Program-made: the position numbers and the translations under genes
Assembly (NCBI GenBank): GCA_944327225.1
Contig: CALVGZ010000002.1
Span: forward strand, 20,579-84,578
Length of the DNA: 64,000 nt
Source: Candidatus Gastranaerophilales bacterium
GTDB taxonomy: Bacteria; Cyanobacteriota; Vampirovibrionia; Gastranaerophilales; Gastranaerophilaceae
Reading direction: 5' to 3'
Shown: positions 19,069 through 30,720 of the stretch, one piece after another
How positions within the stretch are numbered: position 1 is the stretch's first letter
Layout: every line of letters starts with the position of its first letter
The notes under the pieces: model-generated
What the model was told of the DNA's origin: nothing
What the model saw: the letters and a program-made list of their open reading frames with translations, nothing else
Databases searched by the model: none

Positions 19069-19169
19069 AGCTATATTATAAAATAATTCTTAAACAATTA
19101 AAATAATATTAATTTTAGAAAAATTTTTAAAAAACCTTATAAAATAAAAATATAAGAAAGGATTAAACT

Positions 19170-21743
19170 ATGTTTGATAATTATACCGATTCAACAAAAG
19201 AATTAATATATAATGCACAAAATACAGCTATTGAAAAGCACAATACATTAATTGAACCGGCTCATATCTTATATGCAATGGCAAATTCAGCTATAGATTC
19301 AATTAATATGCTTTTTAACGAACTAAAATTAAACAATAATCTTTTTTCAACAGATATTTCAAATATAATAGATAATCTTCCAAAAACTGAAGAAATAAAT
19401 GACAAAATTTATTTTAGTAAAAATTGTCTCACCTTATTTGAAACAGCAAAAAAACAAGCCGAAGAATTAAAAGACAAATTTGTAACAGCCGAACATATTT
19501 TGCTTGCTATGACAGCTATAAAAGATTTTGACATTGAAAGAATTTTTAATAAGTTCTCCTTAACAAAAGAAAAAGTCTTAACCGCTATGAAAAACATCAG
19601 AGGAGATAAAAAAGTGGATAACAAAAATGCAGATGAAGATTATAAAATACTTGAAAAATTTTCAACAGATCTAACAAAACTCGCATCATTAGGAAAACTT
19701 GATCCTGTTATAGGCAGAGATGAAGAAATAAGAAGAATAATACAAGTTTTAAATCGAAGAACCAAAAATAATCCCTGTTTAATAGGTGAAGCAGGGGTCG
19801 GTAAGACCGCAATAGTTGAAGGCTTAGCACAGCGTATTATAAGAGGAGATGTCCCTGAAAGCTTAAAAAATACAACTTTAATTTCACTTGACATGGGAGC
19901 ACTTATTGCAGGTGCAAAATTTAGAGGTGAATTTGAAGAAAGACTAAAAAAAGTCTTAAAAGAAGTAGAAAAATCCGATGGCCAAATAATTCTATTCATA
20001 GATGAAATACACACCGTTGTAGGAGCTGGCGGTGCTGAAGGCACAGCAGATGCCGGAAATCTTTTAAAACCAATGTTGGCTCGTGGTGCAATAAGAACAG
20101 TAGGAGCAACCACAATTAACGAATATCGTAAATATATTGAAAAAGATCCGGCACTTGAGCGTCGTTTTCAGCCAATTTTAGTTGACGAACCCTCTGTTGA
20201 AGATACCATTTCAATTTTAAGAGGCTTAAAAGATAAATATGAAGTTCACCATGGTATAAGAATTAAAGATTCAGCTCTTGTTGCTGCCGCAAAATTATCT
20301 TCAAGGTATATAACAGATAGATTTTTACCTGATAAAGCTATAGACTTAATAGATGAAGCATCAAGTGCAATTAGAATTGAAATTGATTCAATGCCCGAAG
20401 AACTTGATAAACTAGAACGTCAAAAACTTCAACTTCAAATCGAATTACAATCCTTAAAAGATGATAACGACAAAGAAAAAATCGAAAAAGTCCAAAAAAT
20501 ACTTAATGAAACCGAAAAAAAAGCAAATATCCTAAAAGAACAATGGGAAAAAGAAAAATCAACAATAAAAGGTGAAGTTCAAATTAAAGCCGAAATTGAA
20601 AAAATTAAACACGAAATTGAAAAAGCTCAAAGAGAATATAATCTTGAGCTTGCAGCTAAATTACAATACGGAAAATTACCTGAACTTGAAGAAGAATTAA
20701 AAAATTGTAAAACAACAGAACATAAAAATACACTCTTAAAAGAAGAAATCGACGAAGAAGATATAGCGGAAGTTATTTCAAAATGGACGGGCGTTCCGGT
20801 ATCAAAACTCGTTGAAGAAGAAAGTCAAAAATTAATTCAAATGGAAGACACTCTTCACAAACAAGTAATCGGTCAAGATGAAGCTGTTGAAGTAATTTCA
20901 GACAGCATAAGAAGAGCAAGAAGCGGATTAAAAGACCCCAAAAGACCTATCGGAACATTTTTATTTTTGGGTCCAACCGGTGTTGGTAAAACTGAACTCG
21001 CTAAAGCTCTCGCTAAATTTATGTTTCTGGATGAAGACAGTTTGATTAGAATTGATATGTCTGAATATATGGAAAAACATTCAACTGCTCGTTTAATTGG
21101 AGCTCCTCCAGGATATATAGGATATGACGAAGGCGGTCAATTAACACAAGCTGTCAGAAAAAAACCGTATTCTGTTATTTTATTTGATGAAATAGAAAAA
21201 GCACATCCTGATGTTTTTAATATAATGCTTCAAATATTTGACGACGGAAGATTAACAGATTCAAAAGGCAGAACTGTTGATTTTAAAAATACAATTATAA
21301 TATTAACATCCAATATAGGTTCAAATATTATTCTTGATAACGTTTTAAAAGGAAGTACAGGCAACAAAGAACAAATCAAAGAAGAAATTATGCAAAAATT
21401 AAGAGAATATTTTAAACCCGAATTTTTAAATCGTATTGATGAGACAATATTCTTTGATGCTTTAACTTTAGAAAATTTATCCAAAATTGTTGATATTCAA
21501 ATTGAATATTTAAAAGAATTATTAAAAGAAAGAAAAATTGAACTCTATATAACTCAAGATGCCAAGGAACATCTTGCTATACAAGGTTATAATCCAATGT
21601 ATGGAGCAAGACCTTTAAAAAGAACAATAAGACAATTAATTGAAAATCCCCTTTCAAAAGAACTTTTAAAAGGTAAATTTAAAGATGGCGACAAAATTGA
21701 AATTGATTTTAAAGATGACGAAATAAAATTTAAAAAAATCTAA
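19170..21743 (+). CDS. clpB: ATP-dependent chaperone/disaggregase ClpB
   Basis: 857 aa. Two AAA+ modules ([15 protein letters not shown]; [15 protein letters not shown]), a long coiled-coil middle domain, and the N-terminal Clp_N repeat. Confidence 0.97.
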   Translation: MFDNYTDSTKELIYNAQNTAIEKHNTLIEPAHILYAMANSAIDSINMLFNELKLNNNLFSTDISNIIDNLPKTEEINDKIYFSKNCLTLFETAKKQAEELKDKFVTAEHILLAMTAIKDFDIERIFNKFSLTKEKVLTAMKNIRGDKKVDNKNADEDYKILEKFSTDLTKLASLGKLDPVIGRDEEIRRIIQVLNRRTKNNPCLIGEAGVGKTAIVEGLAQRIIRGDVPESLKNTTLISLDMGALIAGAKFRGEFEERLKKVLKEVEKSDGQIILFIDEIHTVVGAGGAEGTADAGNLLKPMLARGAIRTVGATTINEYRKYIEKDPALERRFQPILVDEPSVEDTISILRGLKDKYEVHHGIRIKDSALVAAAKLSSRYITDRFLPDKAIDLIDEASSAIRIEIDSMPEELDKLERQKLQLQIELQSLKDDNDKEKIEKVQKILNETEKKANILKEQWEKEKSTIKGEVQIKAEIEKIKHEIEKAQREYNLELAAKLQYGKLPELEEELKNCKTTEHKNTLLKEEIDEEDIAEVISKWTGVPVSKLVEEESQKLIQMEDTLHKQVIGQDEAVEVISDSIRRARSGLKDPKRPIGTFLFLGPTGVGKTELAKALAKFMFLDEDSLIRIDMSEYMEKHSTARLIGAPPGYIGYDEGGQLTQAVRKKPYSVILFDEIEKAHPDVFNIMLQIFDDGRLTDSKGRTVDFKNTIIILTSNIGSNIILDNVLKGSTGNKEQIKEEIMQKLREYFKPEFLNRIDETIFFDALTLENLSKIVDIQIEYLKELLKERKIELYITQDAKEHLAIQGYNPMYGARPLKRTIRQLIENPLSKELLKGKFKDGDKIEIDFKDDEIKFKKI

Positions 21744-21747
21744 ATTT

Positions 21748-21779
21748 AAAAGCGGGTTTTACTCAACACCCGCTTTTTT
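21748..21779. terminator. bidirectional rho-independent terminator (clpB / small minus-strand ORF)
   Basis: aaagcgggt-N10-acccgcttt stem followed by a T-run. Lies 5 nt after the clpB stop and about 10 nt after the stop of the 53-aa minus-strand ORF. Confidence 0.8.
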
Positions 21780-21788
21780 AAATCTTCA

Positions 21789-21950
21789 TTAAACCAACCC
21801 CAAAACTTTCTTGTACCAACTAAATGTTTCTAATTCTAACCCATTGAACGTTGTTTTCAAACATTGTTTTTTCAAATAATGTTGAAATTCATCGTTAAAC
21901 TTTGATTTGATTGAAGTCTGAGACTTTTCCTTGTGAGTAGAAATTGCCAT
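21789..21950 (-). CDS. unannotated small ORF, 53 aa, hypothetical
   Basis: Below the ORF-track size cut-off. My translation: MAISTHKEKSQTSIKSKFNDEFQHYLKKQCLKTTFNGLELETFSWYKKVLGLV*. Canonical SD GGAGG lies 5 nt upstream of the ATG, and the terminator hairpin lies immediately downstream. Confidence 0.5.
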   Translation of the reverse strand: MAISTHKEKSQTSIKSKFNDEFQHYLKKQCLKTTFNGLELETFSWYKKVLGLV

Positions 21951-22181
21951 AAGAACCTCCTAGCGAACTTTACAACTAACAACCGAACTTTTTGTCATAT
22001 ATTATAACATAAAAAAATTTCTATGTAACTATTTTATAAAAAAATAGCCCATTAAGACTAGAAAAACAGCTTTATTATTACTTTTTACAAGTGTAGTAAT
22101 TATTAAGTTTTTGTTACAATCTACCGAGCAATTTTTTTATTTTTCAATTTTTGTATAAATACAAATAAAAAGGTATAGATT

Positions 22182-23885
22182 ATGAAAATTTCAAACATTC
22201 AAACAATAAAAAATTATACTTATAAAAAAAGTATACAAAAAAAACAGGCAGCAAATCAAATAGATTATAAAAATATTAATAATTTAAATTTTTATCCTGC
22301 TTTTTTGGGCGGATATAGTCTTAATTTATCAAAAATTAATGAAAATTTAAAAGAAGAACAATATCCCCCCGATATTTATGAAGCTGTGCAAAATACTTTA
22401 AAGCAAGGTAATCCTCAAAATAAAACCCTTTATGACATTCACTTTGAAAAATATAAAGGTGTTTTGGACTGTTACTCTCTTGATGAATTAAAAGAAAAAT
22501 ACCCCGAATTCAAAAATGTTATTTCAATTTATAACACAGAAGGAAAAGAAGGCAGCTTTATTAGAAATTTTATGGAAGGAAAATCTGAAGTTTTTCAACA
22601 AGATGAAGATTTGACATTACAACTAATAAAATTATACTGGGGTCAAGGCTTTTCATTAAATGACCTTTCTGAACATGTATCCCAAGGTTTAAATAATAAA
22701 GAAAATTTTAATTTATATTACACAATGGTTAAAAAATTAAATATTCCTTTAATGAACGGGCATTATGCACATTTATTAAAATTTTCCAATAAAGAATATA
22801 ATAAAAATTTAATTGAAAAAATATCAATAAAAATAAAAGAAGCAAGAGAAGCAAAAAAACAAAAAGAGGAAGGTGAACCCGTTATAATACCTCAAGGTCA
22901 ATTAAGTAAAGCACACAAAAAACATATTTCAAAAAATTTAGAACATCATTTTAGAAAAAATCCAGATAAAATTTACAGCCAAACAAGAAGACAAACTGGT
23001 TTTTTAGAACAAAATCCGGAATTTAAAGATGAAATATCTGAAGCAATGATATACGCTTGGAATAAAACTCAAGAAGGATTGTCTGTTAGAAAATATCTTT
23101 CTAAATTTATGAAAAAACATGGTGGTATTAGCGAAGAAGAATTAGTATTAAAAACAATAATGCCAAGTGAAAAAATATCCGCTCTTGAATTATTTTGGAT
23201 AAAAAATCCTTGGGCAAGAGAAAAATTTTCAATTGCAGTAAATAAAGGGTGGGATTACGCTAAAAATTACAGCCCAAGAATATATTTTAAAACAAAAAAC
23301 GATGAAAGACACTTAACTTTAAATTTAATACCAACAAAAATAAGCAAAAAAATATCCGCTTGGGCAAAAGCAAACGGTATGTTTATCGATGAAAATGTAC
23401 ACTATGGAAGAATATTGATAGATAGAGATAAAGACTATACAAACGATAAAAAAGCTCAAGAATACACTGAAAAAATAGATAGAACCGTATTGGAATACGA
23501 AAAGAAATTTCCAAAAGACGCGGATTTATGTGCAAGCACACTACAACTTACAATAATTGATTTTGAAAACGATTTAAAAACAAATAGTAGCAATTTACCT
23601 GATATTATTAAAAATAATCCGGAAATTTTAAATAAATTAAAACAAGCATTACGTTTCTTTTTCAACATAAAACCTATTTATGAAAATGTAAACGGATTTA
23701 AGGTTCCCATTAGCGGAATGGATTATAATGAATTCAGTGATTTTTTCTTGGGATTAATGCAAATCTTATATATTATACCTGAAGGATATAAAATTGCAGA
23801 ATATCTAAACGATAAAATTGATAAAGTTTATGATTTTTTATCTATAGGAAATCAATTTGAAATAGATAAAATACTTACAAATTAA
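22182..23885 (+). CDS. hypothetical protein, 567 aa, lineage-specific
   Basis: Long intact ORF with an SD (aaaaggtatagatt ATG). K/N/E-rich with no recognisable catalytic motif. Preceded by about 230 nt of AT-rich non-coding DNA. Confidence 0.6.
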   Translation: MKISNIQTIKNYTYKKSIQKKQAANQIDYKNINNLNFYPAFLGGYSLNLSKINENLKEEQYPPDIYEAVQNTLKQGNPQNKTLYDIHFEKYKGVLDCYSLDELKEKYPEFKNVISIYNTEGKEGSFIRNFMEGKSEVFQQDEDLTLQLIKLYWGQGFSLNDLSEHVSQGLNNKENFNLYYTMVKKLNIPLMNGHYAHLLKFSNKEYNKNLIEKISIKIKEAREAKKQKEEGEPVIIPQGQLSKAHKKHISKNLEHHFRKNPDKIYSQTRRQTGFLEQNPEFKDEISEAMIYAWNKTQEGLSVRKYLSKFMKKHGGISEEELVLKTIMPSEKISALELFWIKNPWAREKFSIAVNKGWDYAKNYSPRIYFKTKNDERHLTLNLIPTKISKKISAWAKANGMFIDENVHYGRILIDRDKDYTNDKKAQEYTEKIDRTVLEYEKKFPKDADLCASTLQLTIIDFENDLKTNSSNLPDIIKNNPEILNKLKQALRFFFNIKPIYENVNGFKVPISGMDYNEFSDFFLGLMQILYIIPEGYKIAEYLNDKIDKVYDFLSIGNQFEIDKILTN

Positions 23886-24741
23886 CAATTTTTTCTAAAT
23901 ATTTACCGTAGCCGTTTTGTTTATATTTTTCGGATATTTTAAGCAATTGTTCTTTTGTAATATAACCCATTCGATAAGCAACTTCTTCAATTGAAGCTAT
24001 TTTCATGCCTGTATTTATCTCCATTGATTGAACAAAATTAGCCGCTTGTAATAAACTTTCAAAAGTTCCCGTATCTAGCCAAGCAAAACCTCTGCCTAAA
24101 ATTTCAACTTTTAATTGATTTTTTTCAAGGTAAATTTTATTTAAATCTGTAATTTCAAGCTCACCTCTTTGAGATGGTTTTAAGGTTTTTGCATATTCAA
24201 CTACTTTGTTATCATAAAAATATAACCCTGTTACAGCATAATTTGATTTAGGATTTTTTGGTTTTTCTTCAATTGAAATAGCTTTATTATTTTTATCAAA
24301 TTCAACCACACCAAATCTTTCAGGGTCTTGCACCTGATAACCAAAAACTGTTGCACCAAAATCTCTTTTTCCAACTTCTTTTAACATTGATGAAAAACCA
24401 AACCCATGAAATATATTATCGCCCAAAATAAGTGCAACAGGTGAATTATCAATAAATTTTTCCGCAATTAAAAAACTATCCGCTATTCCCTTTGGAATTT
24501 CTTGAATAGCATAGGAAAATTTAACTCCTATAGAACTTCCATCACCTAAAACTTTTTTAAAATTATCTATATCACACGAATTTGTAATAATTAATATATC
24601 TTTAATACCAGCCAAAAGTAAAGTTGTAATGGGATAATAAATCATCGGCTTATCATAAACCGGAAGTAATATTTTTGATATCGGCAAACTTGCAGGATAT
24701 AATCTTGATCCTGCTCCTGCTGCAAGAATAATACCTTTCAT
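23875..24741 (-). CDS. rfbA: glucose-1-phosphate thymidylyltransferase
   Basis: Start trimmed to [23 protein letters not shown] (canonical N-terminus). LGDNIF and [10 protein letters not shown] motifs. 288 aa. Confidence 0.9.
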   Translation of the reverse strand: MKGIILAAGAGSRLYPASLPISKILLPVYDKPMIYYPITTLLLAGIKDILIITNSCDIDNFKKVLGDGSSIGVKFSYAIQEIPKGIADSFLIAEKFIDNSPVALILGDNIFHGFGFSSMLKEVGKRDFGATVFGYQVQDPERFGVVEFDKNNKAISIEEKPKNPKSNYAVTGLYFYDNKVVEYAKTLKPSQRGELEITDLNKIYLEKNQLKVEILGRGFAWLDTGTFESLLQAANFVQSMEINTGMKIASIEEVAYRMGYITKEQLLKISEKYKQNGYGKYLEKIVNL

Positions 24742-24811
24742 TTTAATCCTTTTTTTAAAATCTAAATTTAGTATAAAAAGGATTTTTAAATGTTGCAAGT
24801 ATATTAATAAT

Positions 24812-25876
24812 TTAATTTTCTAGTTTTTCTTCAGGTTTATTTTTAGAAGCAATTTTTTCTCTTACTTTTGTTTCAATTTCAGATAAAATTTCAGGATTTT
24901 CTGCTAAAAATTCTTTAGCTTTTTCTCTACCTTGACCTAATTTTTCATCATTATAACTAAACCAAGCACCTGCTTTTTTAATAATGTCAAAATTAACGGC
25001 AACATCTATTATATTACCTAAAGCACAAATTCCTTTTCCGTATATAATATCAAATTCAGCCACTTTAAAAGGTGGAGCAACCTTATTTTTAGCAACTTTA
25101 ACCCTGACTCTATTTCCTATATCTTCATTATCTTTATTTTTAACACTATCACATCTTCTTATATCAAGACGAACTGAAGCATAATACTTAAGAGCATTTC
25201 CTCCTGTTGTAGTTTCAGGATTTCCAAACATTATACCAATTTTTTGTCTTAATTGATTAATAAAAATAACAGTTGTATTTGTTTTTCCGACTATACCTGT
25301 TAATTTTCTTAAAGCTTTTGACATCAAACGAGCCTGCAAGCCCATTTGTTGTTCATCCATAGCATGCTCTATTTCGGCTTTAGGAACTAAAGCAGCAACT
25401 GAATCTATTACTATAACATCAATTGCACCTGAGCGAACTAATTCTTCAGCAATTTCTAATGCCTGTTCACCCGTATCAGGTTGAGATATTAAAAGTTGAT
25501 CTATATCAACACCTAAATTTTTAGCATATTCAGGATCAAGTGCGTGTTCCGCGTCAATAAAAGCTGCAATTCCGCCTTTTTTTTGACAATTAGCAACTAT
25601 ATGCTGAGCTAAAGTTGTTTTACCTGATGATTCCGGACCGTAAATTTCAATTATTCTTCCTCTTGGAACACCACCTATTCCAAGAGCTATATCAAGAGCA
25701 AGTGAACCTGTCGGTATACATTCACAATTAACAGATGTCTTGTCACCAAGACGCATAATTGAACCTTTGCCAAAATCTTTTTCGATTTTATCTAAAGCCA
25801 TTTTTAAAGCTTTATTTTTTCCTTCTTGAATTGCATCTTTTTCTTTTTCATCTAACATTTTAGCGATTGCACACAT
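24812..25876 (-). CDS. recA: recombinase RecA
   Basis: [23 protein letters not shown], Walker [12 protein letters not shown], and L1/L2 regions. 354 aa (the start could be the internal Met 6 codons downstream). Confidence 0.97.
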   Translation of the reverse strand: MCAIAKMLDEKEKDAIQEGKNKALKMALDKIEKDFGKGSIMRLGDKTSVNCECIPTGSLALDIALGIGGVPRGRIIEIYGPESSGKTTLAQHIVANCQKKGGIAAFIDAEHALDPEYAKNLGVDIDQLLISQPDTGEQALEIAEELVRSGAIDVIVIDSVAALVPKAEIEHAMDEQQMGLQARLMSKALRKLTGIVGKTNTTVIFINQLRQKIGIMFGNPETTTGGNALKYYASVRLDIRRCDSVKNKDNEDIGNRVRVKVAKNKVAPPFKVAEFDIIYGKGICALGNIIDVAVNFDIIKKAGAWFSYNDEKLGQGREKAKEFLAENPEILSEIETKVREKIASKNKPEEKLEN

Positions 25877-25925
25877 ATTTTTTCCTCACTTCCATAATAT
25901 TAATAATTATTATATAATAAAACTT

Positions 25926-26741
25926 ATGAAAACTCTAACTCTTAATAATTTTGAAATAGGCAAAGATAAATTAACTATATTAGCAGGTCCATGTGCAATG
26001 GAAAGTGCTGAAATATGTTACAAAACAGCAAAAAAATTAAAAGAAATTTGCACACGTTTAAATATAAATTTTGTTTTTAAAACTTCTTTTGATAAAGCAA
26101 ATCGCTCTTCTCTATCTTCATATAGAGGTTTGGGTATGAAGGAAGGTTTAAAAATATTATCTGATATTAAAAAAGAATTAAATGTACCTATTGTAACAGA
26201 TATCCATGAGCCTTCTCAAGCTGAACCTACAGCAGAAGTTACAGATATTATTCAAATACCTGCTTTTTTATGCAGACAAACAGATCTCCTTGTCGCAGCA
26301 GCCAAAACAAATAAAATTGTAAATATCAAAAAAGGACAATTTTTATCGCCATATCAAATGAAATCAATTGCAAATAAATTGATTGAAAGTGGAAATGATA
26401 AAATTTTAATAACAGAAAGAGGAACTTCTTTTGGATATAATAATCTTGTTGTTGATATGAGAGGAGTTCAAATAATTCAAAATGATTTAGGTTATCCTAT
26501 GATATTTGATGCAACCCATAGTGTTCAAATTCCGGGAGGACATGGCACAAGTTCATCCGGAGAAAGAAAATTTGTTCCTTTACTTGCAAAAGCAGCTATT
26601 GCGGCAGGTGCTAAGGGATTATTCTTCGAAATTCATCCAAATCCCGATTTGGCACTTTGCGACGGGGACAATATGTTACCTTTAGACAATTGCGAAGAAA
26701 CTTTTTATATTTGCAATCAAATCTTTAAGCTTGTAAATTAA
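25926..26741 (+). CDS. kdsA: 3-deoxy-8-phosphooctulonate (Kdo-8-P) synthase
   Basis: 271 aa. LAGPCAMES, FKTSFDKANRSS, IQIPAFLCRQTDL and DATHSVQ.PGG motifs. Confidence 0.92.
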   Translation: MKTLTLNNFEIGKDKLTILAGPCAMESAEICYKTAKKLKEICTRLNINFVFKTSFDKANRSSLSSYRGLGMKEGLKILSDIKKELNVPIVTDIHEPSQAEPTAEVTDIIQIPAFLCRQTDLLVAAAKTNKIVNIKKGQFLSPYQMKSIANKLIESGNDKILITERGTSFGYNNLVVDMRGVQIIQNDLGYPMIFDATHSVQIPGGHGTSSSGERKFVPLLAKAAIAAGAKGLFFEIHPNPDLALCDGDNMLPLDNCEETFYICNQIFKLVN

Positions 26742-28644
26742 TTTTTTTAACTTTATGTTGCTCAATTAAAACCATTAAAACAGAAACATCGGCGGGCTTT
26801 ACTCCACCTATTCTTAAAGCTTGTCCTATTGTTTTAGGTCTTATCTTAATAAGCTTTTCTTTTGATTCGGTTGAAATTTGTTTAATTAAATTATAATCAA
26901 TGTCATCTGGAATTTTTATATCCTCTATTTTTTTATGATTATTTATTTCAGCCGTTTGTCTTTTTATATAACCATCATATTTAACTAAAATTTCAGTTTG
27001 TTCTTCAATATCTCTTATTAAATAATTATCATCGGTTTCAATGTTGGATTTAAAACCTAATTCTTTTAAAATTCTATAATCCACATTTGGTCTTTTTAAA
27101 AGATTTAATCCGTTTACTCCAAGCTCAAGCCCTTCTTTATATTTTGATAAAATTTCTTTATTTTTTGAATTAACTTTAATTTTAAAATCTTTTAATTTTC
27201 CAATTTGTCTTTCGATTTCTTTTTCTTTAAAACGTTTTCTTTGAATATCTATTTCTTTTACTAAACCCGCAAAATATCCGATTTCAGATAACCTTAAATC
27301 AGCATTATCTTGCCTTAAAACAAGTCTGTATTCACTTCTTGAAGTAAGCATTCTATAAGGTTCGTCAATATCTTTGGTAATTAAATCATCAATTAAAGTT
27401 CCAATATAAGAATTTGAACGAACTAAATTAATATATTCCTTGCCTTGAAGATAATTGTAGGCATTAATACCTGCAACAAGTCCTTGAGCAGCAGCTTCTT
27501 CGTATCCTGAAGTACCGTTTATTTGACCCGCCAAGAATAAACCTTTAATTTTTTTTGTCATTAAACCATAATCTAATTCAAGAGCACAAACACTATCATA
27601 TTCAACTGCATAAGCAGGTTTTATTATAGAAACATTTTCAAGCCCAGGAAGCGAATGAATCATATCAAATTGAGCTTCTATAGGTAAACTTGTTGAAAAA
27701 CCTTGAATATAAACTTCATAAGTATTTTTTCCTTCAGGTTCTATAAAAATATGATGGGAAGGATTATGTGCAAATCTTACAACTTTATCTTCTATACTTG
27801 GACAATATCTTGGGCCAACACCTTTAATTAAACCTTGATATAAAGGCGAATAACACAAATTTGCTTTTATTATTTCATGAGTTTTTGCATTGGTTTTAGT
27901 TAAATAGCAGGGATATTGTTTTCTAATCGGACGATTTGGTTTAAAACTAAAAAATCTTGGCATATTGTCAAGAATTTCATCCCCCGGATGAAGCTCAAGT
28001 TTTGAATAATCTATTGTTCTGCCATCAACTCTGGCTGGAGTTCCGGTTTTTAATTTTCTTGTTTTAAAACCCAATTTTCTTAAAGAATCAGACAATCCAA
28101 AAGCACTTCTTTCCCCCAATCGTCCTGCTTCAAACGATTTTAAACCAATATAAATTTTTCCTTCAAGACTTGTTCCTGTTGTTAAAATAACACATGGTGC
28201 ATAGTATTCAATTCCAAGTTCATCACAAACTCCTTGTATAACACCATTTTTTACCAATAATTCTGTTATTTGGATTTGTTTTAATGTTAAATTTTCCTCA
28301 TTTTCAATATATTTTCTTGCAAGTAGTTTATATTCTATTTTATCAGATTGAGCCCTTAAAGCTCTTACTGCAGGACCTTTTGAAGAATTAAGAGTTTTTA
28401 GTTGAAGATATGTACTGTCTGCAAGTTCTGCCATGACTCCACCGAGTGCATCTATTTCTCTAACTAAATTAGATTTTGCAGGACCCCCAATAGCAGGATT
28501 ACAAGGCATTAAACCAATATTTTCAATATTTAAAGTAGCTAATAAAGTTTTTAAACCTAAACGAGAAGCACTAATTGAGGCTTCTATTCCGGCATGACCT
28601 GCACCAACTACTATACAATCAAATTTAAACGGGGAATTTAACAT
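26725..28644 (-). CDS. mnmG: tRNA uridine-5-carboxymethylaminomethyl synthesis enzyme MnmG (GidA)
   Basis: 639 aa. FDCIVVGAGHAGIEA FAD motif and GPRYCPSIEDK. Confidence 0.96.
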   Translation of the reverse strand: MLNSPFKFDCIVVGAGHAGIEASISASRLGLKTLLATLNIENIGLMPCNPAIGGPAKSNLVREIDALGGVMAELADSTYLQLKTLNSSKGPAVRALRAQSDKIEYKLLARKYIENEENLTLKQIQITELLVKNGVIQGVCDELGIEYYAPCVILTTGTSLEGKIYIGLKSFEAGRLGERSAFGLSDSLRKLGFKTRKLKTGTPARVDGRTIDYSKLELHPGDEILDNMPRFFSFKPNRPIRKQYPCYLTKTNAKTHEIIKANLCYSPLYQGLIKGVGPRYCPSIEDKVVRFAHNPSHHIFIEPEGKNTYEVYIQGFSTSLPIEAQFDMIHSLPGLENVSIIKPAYAVEYDSVCALELDYGLMTKKIKGLFLAGQINGTSGYEEAAAQGLVAGINAYNYLQGKEYINLVRSNSYIGTLIDDLITKDIDEPYRMLTSRSEYRLVLRQDNADLRLSEIGYFAGLVKEIDIQRKRFKEKEIERQIGKLKDFKIKVNSKNKEILSKYKEGLELGVNGLNLLKRPNVDYRILKELGFKSNIETDDNYLIRDIEEQTEILVKYDGYIKRQTAEINNHKKIEDIKIPDDIDYNLIKQISTESKEKLIKIRPKTIGQALRIGGVKPADVSVLMVLIEQHKVKKINLQA

Positions 28645-28655
28645 TTTATTTAACC

Positions 28656-29588
28656 TTATAAAATCTTAACTGCACCCTCTTTTTCTATTGGTAAATTCAA
28701 AAAATTAGTCTTAACATTAAAATAATTCCAGCTGTTTGAGACTATTTCCTTAATTTCACTAACACCAATTCCATTATAAATTATTAATATTGACGGCCCA
28801 GCTCCACAAAGTACTGTTCCAATAACACCATTTGTATGTTTTAAATTATCCATAATTTCCGTCATACCTGGAACAAGCTTTTGTCTGTATGGTTGGTGAA
28901 TTTTATCTTTTAAAGATAATTTTAATAGTTCTTCATCTTTTGTATACAGGGCTTCAACAAACATTGCACTTCTTTTTAAGTTATATACTGCATCTGATAA
29001 AGGAATTTCTTTTGGTAAAACTGAACGAGAAATCTCTGTATTTAATTCATAATCAGGCATGCAAATCATTAATTTCCAATCATCATTCCAAGGAAGTTTT
29101 CTATATATAACAGAACCGTCTTCTTCCCAAGACGCCATTGTCATTCCACCAACAAAAGCAGGAGTAATATTATCAGGATGACCTTCTATTTCCGTTGCAA
29201 TTGATAATAAAACTTTCTCATCCGCAGGATGACCTAAAAGTTCATTTGCAGCAATTAAACCACCGACTATCACAGAAGCTGATGAACCCAAACCTCTGGA
29301 AATCGGGATTTGGGTTTTGATTGTAATTTTTAATTCATTAGGATTTTGACCTATAAAATTATATAAAAGTTCTATTGCTTTATACACAATATTATTTTTG
29401 TCTGTTGGAATATCAATTAAATCATTTTCGTTATTTTTTTCATTAATTATATTGATTTCAATTCCTGTACCGGGCAATACCGTTTCTTCAACCGTCACAA
29501 TATTATATAAAGGCAAAGCCAACCCGAAAGAATCAAATCCTGGACCTATATTCGCTATTGTAGCTGGAGTTTTAACGCTTACTTTCAT
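28656..29588 (-). CDS. thrB: homoserine kinase
   Basis: 310 aa. PATIANIGPGFDSFGLAL and GHMP motif ISRGLGSSASVIVGG. Confidence 0.9.
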   Translation of the reverse strand: MKVSVKTPATIANIGPGFDSFGLALPLYNIVTVEETVLPGTGIEINIINEKNNENDLIDIPTDKNNIVYKAIELLYNFIGQNPNELKITIKTQIPISRGLGSSASVIVGGLIAANELLGHPADEKVLLSIATEIEGHPDNITPAFVGGMTMASWEEDGSVIYRKLPWNDDWKLMICMPDYELNTEISRSVLPKEIPLSDAVYNLKRSAMFVEALYTKDEELLKLSLKDKIHQPYRQKLVPGMTEIMDNLKHTNGVIGTVLCGAGPSILIIYNGIGVSEIKEIVSNSWNYFNVKTNFLNLPIEKEGAVKIL

Positions 29589-29598
29589 AATTACCTTA

Positions 29599-30720
29599 TT
29601 AAACCTTAACAGGCATTATTAAACAAATATAATTATCTTTTTCATCTTGAGGTTTAAAAATCACGGCTGCTAATGTATTAGAAATTTCTATTTCGACCTT
29701 TTTAGACTCCATGTTTTTTAAAGCATCAAGAACATATTTATAATTAAATGCTGTCAAAATTTCATCAAAATCATACTCTATATCAATATAGTCTTTTGAA
29801 CGACCTGCTTCGGGAGTATCAGCCATTATTTCCAGTTGATTTTGTTTAAAGTTAAATCTTACAACATTAGTTCTGTCATTCACCATAACAGAAACTCTTT
29901 CAATTGAATTAATTAATTCACATCTATCAATTATAATTTTTTTATCATTATTAACAGGAATTAATTGCTGATATTTAGGATATAACCCTTCTATTAATCT
30001 TGATTGAAAAGCTAAACAAGCAAATTCAAACAATATTTTATTATCTTGAATTTTTAATGTAATATTTTCATCATCTATTAATGGGGAAATTCTTTGTACT
30101 TCTGCTAGTGTTTTAGCAGGAACAATAAAGTTAATTAATTCATCTACTGTTGTTGAAATTTCTTTTTGGACTCTTGTTAAACGATTTCCGTCTGTTGTCG
30201 CAAGTTCTAAAATATTATTTTCAATATTAAAGCATACACCTGTTAATACACCTTGTGTTTCTTGTTGAGAAACAGCAAATATAACTTGTTTAATTGCTTT
30301 TGAAAATTCATTCTTATTTAAAATAACTGTTTTAAACTGTTCATCTGTTATATTTTCTAAAACTTTCGGGAATTCAATTGAAGGCAAACCAATCAAAACA
30401 AATTCTGTTTTACCACTTTTTATTTTAACGTTGTTTGTATCCTCTACTGTCGCTAAACTAATTTCTGTTGAAGATAACCTTGAAACAAGTTCAGATAATT
30501 TTTTTGCACTTAATGTAATGGAGCCTTGTGAAATAACTTGAGCAGATATTTTAAAATTTATTGCAAGATTTAAATCTGTTGCACAAAATTTAACTCTGTC
30601 AGATGATACTGTTTCAATTAAAATATTTGATAAAATTGGTTGAAGTGCTTTCTGTGAAGTAATTTTTTCAACAATTTTTATAGCATTTGAAAAATCTTCT
30701 CGATTTAAAACTATTTCCAC
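29599..30720 (-). CDS. dnaN: DNA polymerase III beta sliding clamp (GTG start)
   Basis: 373 aa. Typical N-terminus ...L..A...V......K..LPILSNILIE.., three-domain length, and a C-terminal ..MPVKV ending. Confidence 0.93.
   Translation of the reverse strand: MEIVLNREDFSNAIKIVEKITSQKALQPILSNILIETVSSDRVKFCATDLNLAINFKISAQVISQGSITLSAKKLSELVSRLSSTEISLATVEDTNNVKIKSGKTEFVLIGLPSIEFPKVLENITDEQFKTVILNKNEFSKAIKQVIFAVSQQETQGVLTGVCFNIENNILELATTDGNRLTRVQKEISTTVDELINFIVPAKTLAEVQRISPLIDDENITLKIQDNKILFEFACLAFQSRLIEGLYPKYQQLIPVNNDKKIIIDRCELINSIERVSVMVNDRTNVVRFNFKQNQLEIMADTPEAGRSKDYIDIEYDFDEILTAFNYKYVLDALKNMESKKVEIEISNTLAAVIFKPQDEKDNYICLIMPVKV

Noticed and set aside
19069-19169. CIRCE/HrcA or other heat-shock operator upstream of clpB
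   Set aside because: There is no TTAGCACTC-N9-GAGTGCTAA-like inverted repeat. The region is plain AT-rich promoter DNA.
19409-21484. Antisense ORFs inside clpB (19409-19624, 19640-20113, 21230-21484) and similar shadow ORFs inside gyrB, ccdA, surE, TPR, recA, thrB, SNF2, glgA-like, coiled-coil, GHL10, fliP and pilMN
   Set aside because: They lie opposite or out of frame to strongly supported genes. Their products are low-complexity (S/F/I/L/K-rich) with no motifs, as is typical of shadow ORFs.
24742-24798. N-terminal extensions offered by the ORF track (rfbA from 24798, thiS from 6787, PSP1 from 34580, rsfS from 35549, fliQ from 52053, GHL10 from 43764, sigA from 62964, HEAT-like from 44850)
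   Set aside because: In each case an internal ATG restores the canonical family N-terminus or signal peptide, or has a better SD, and removes the overlap with the upstream gene. The extensions are hydrophobic or low-complexity read-through of intergenic DNA.
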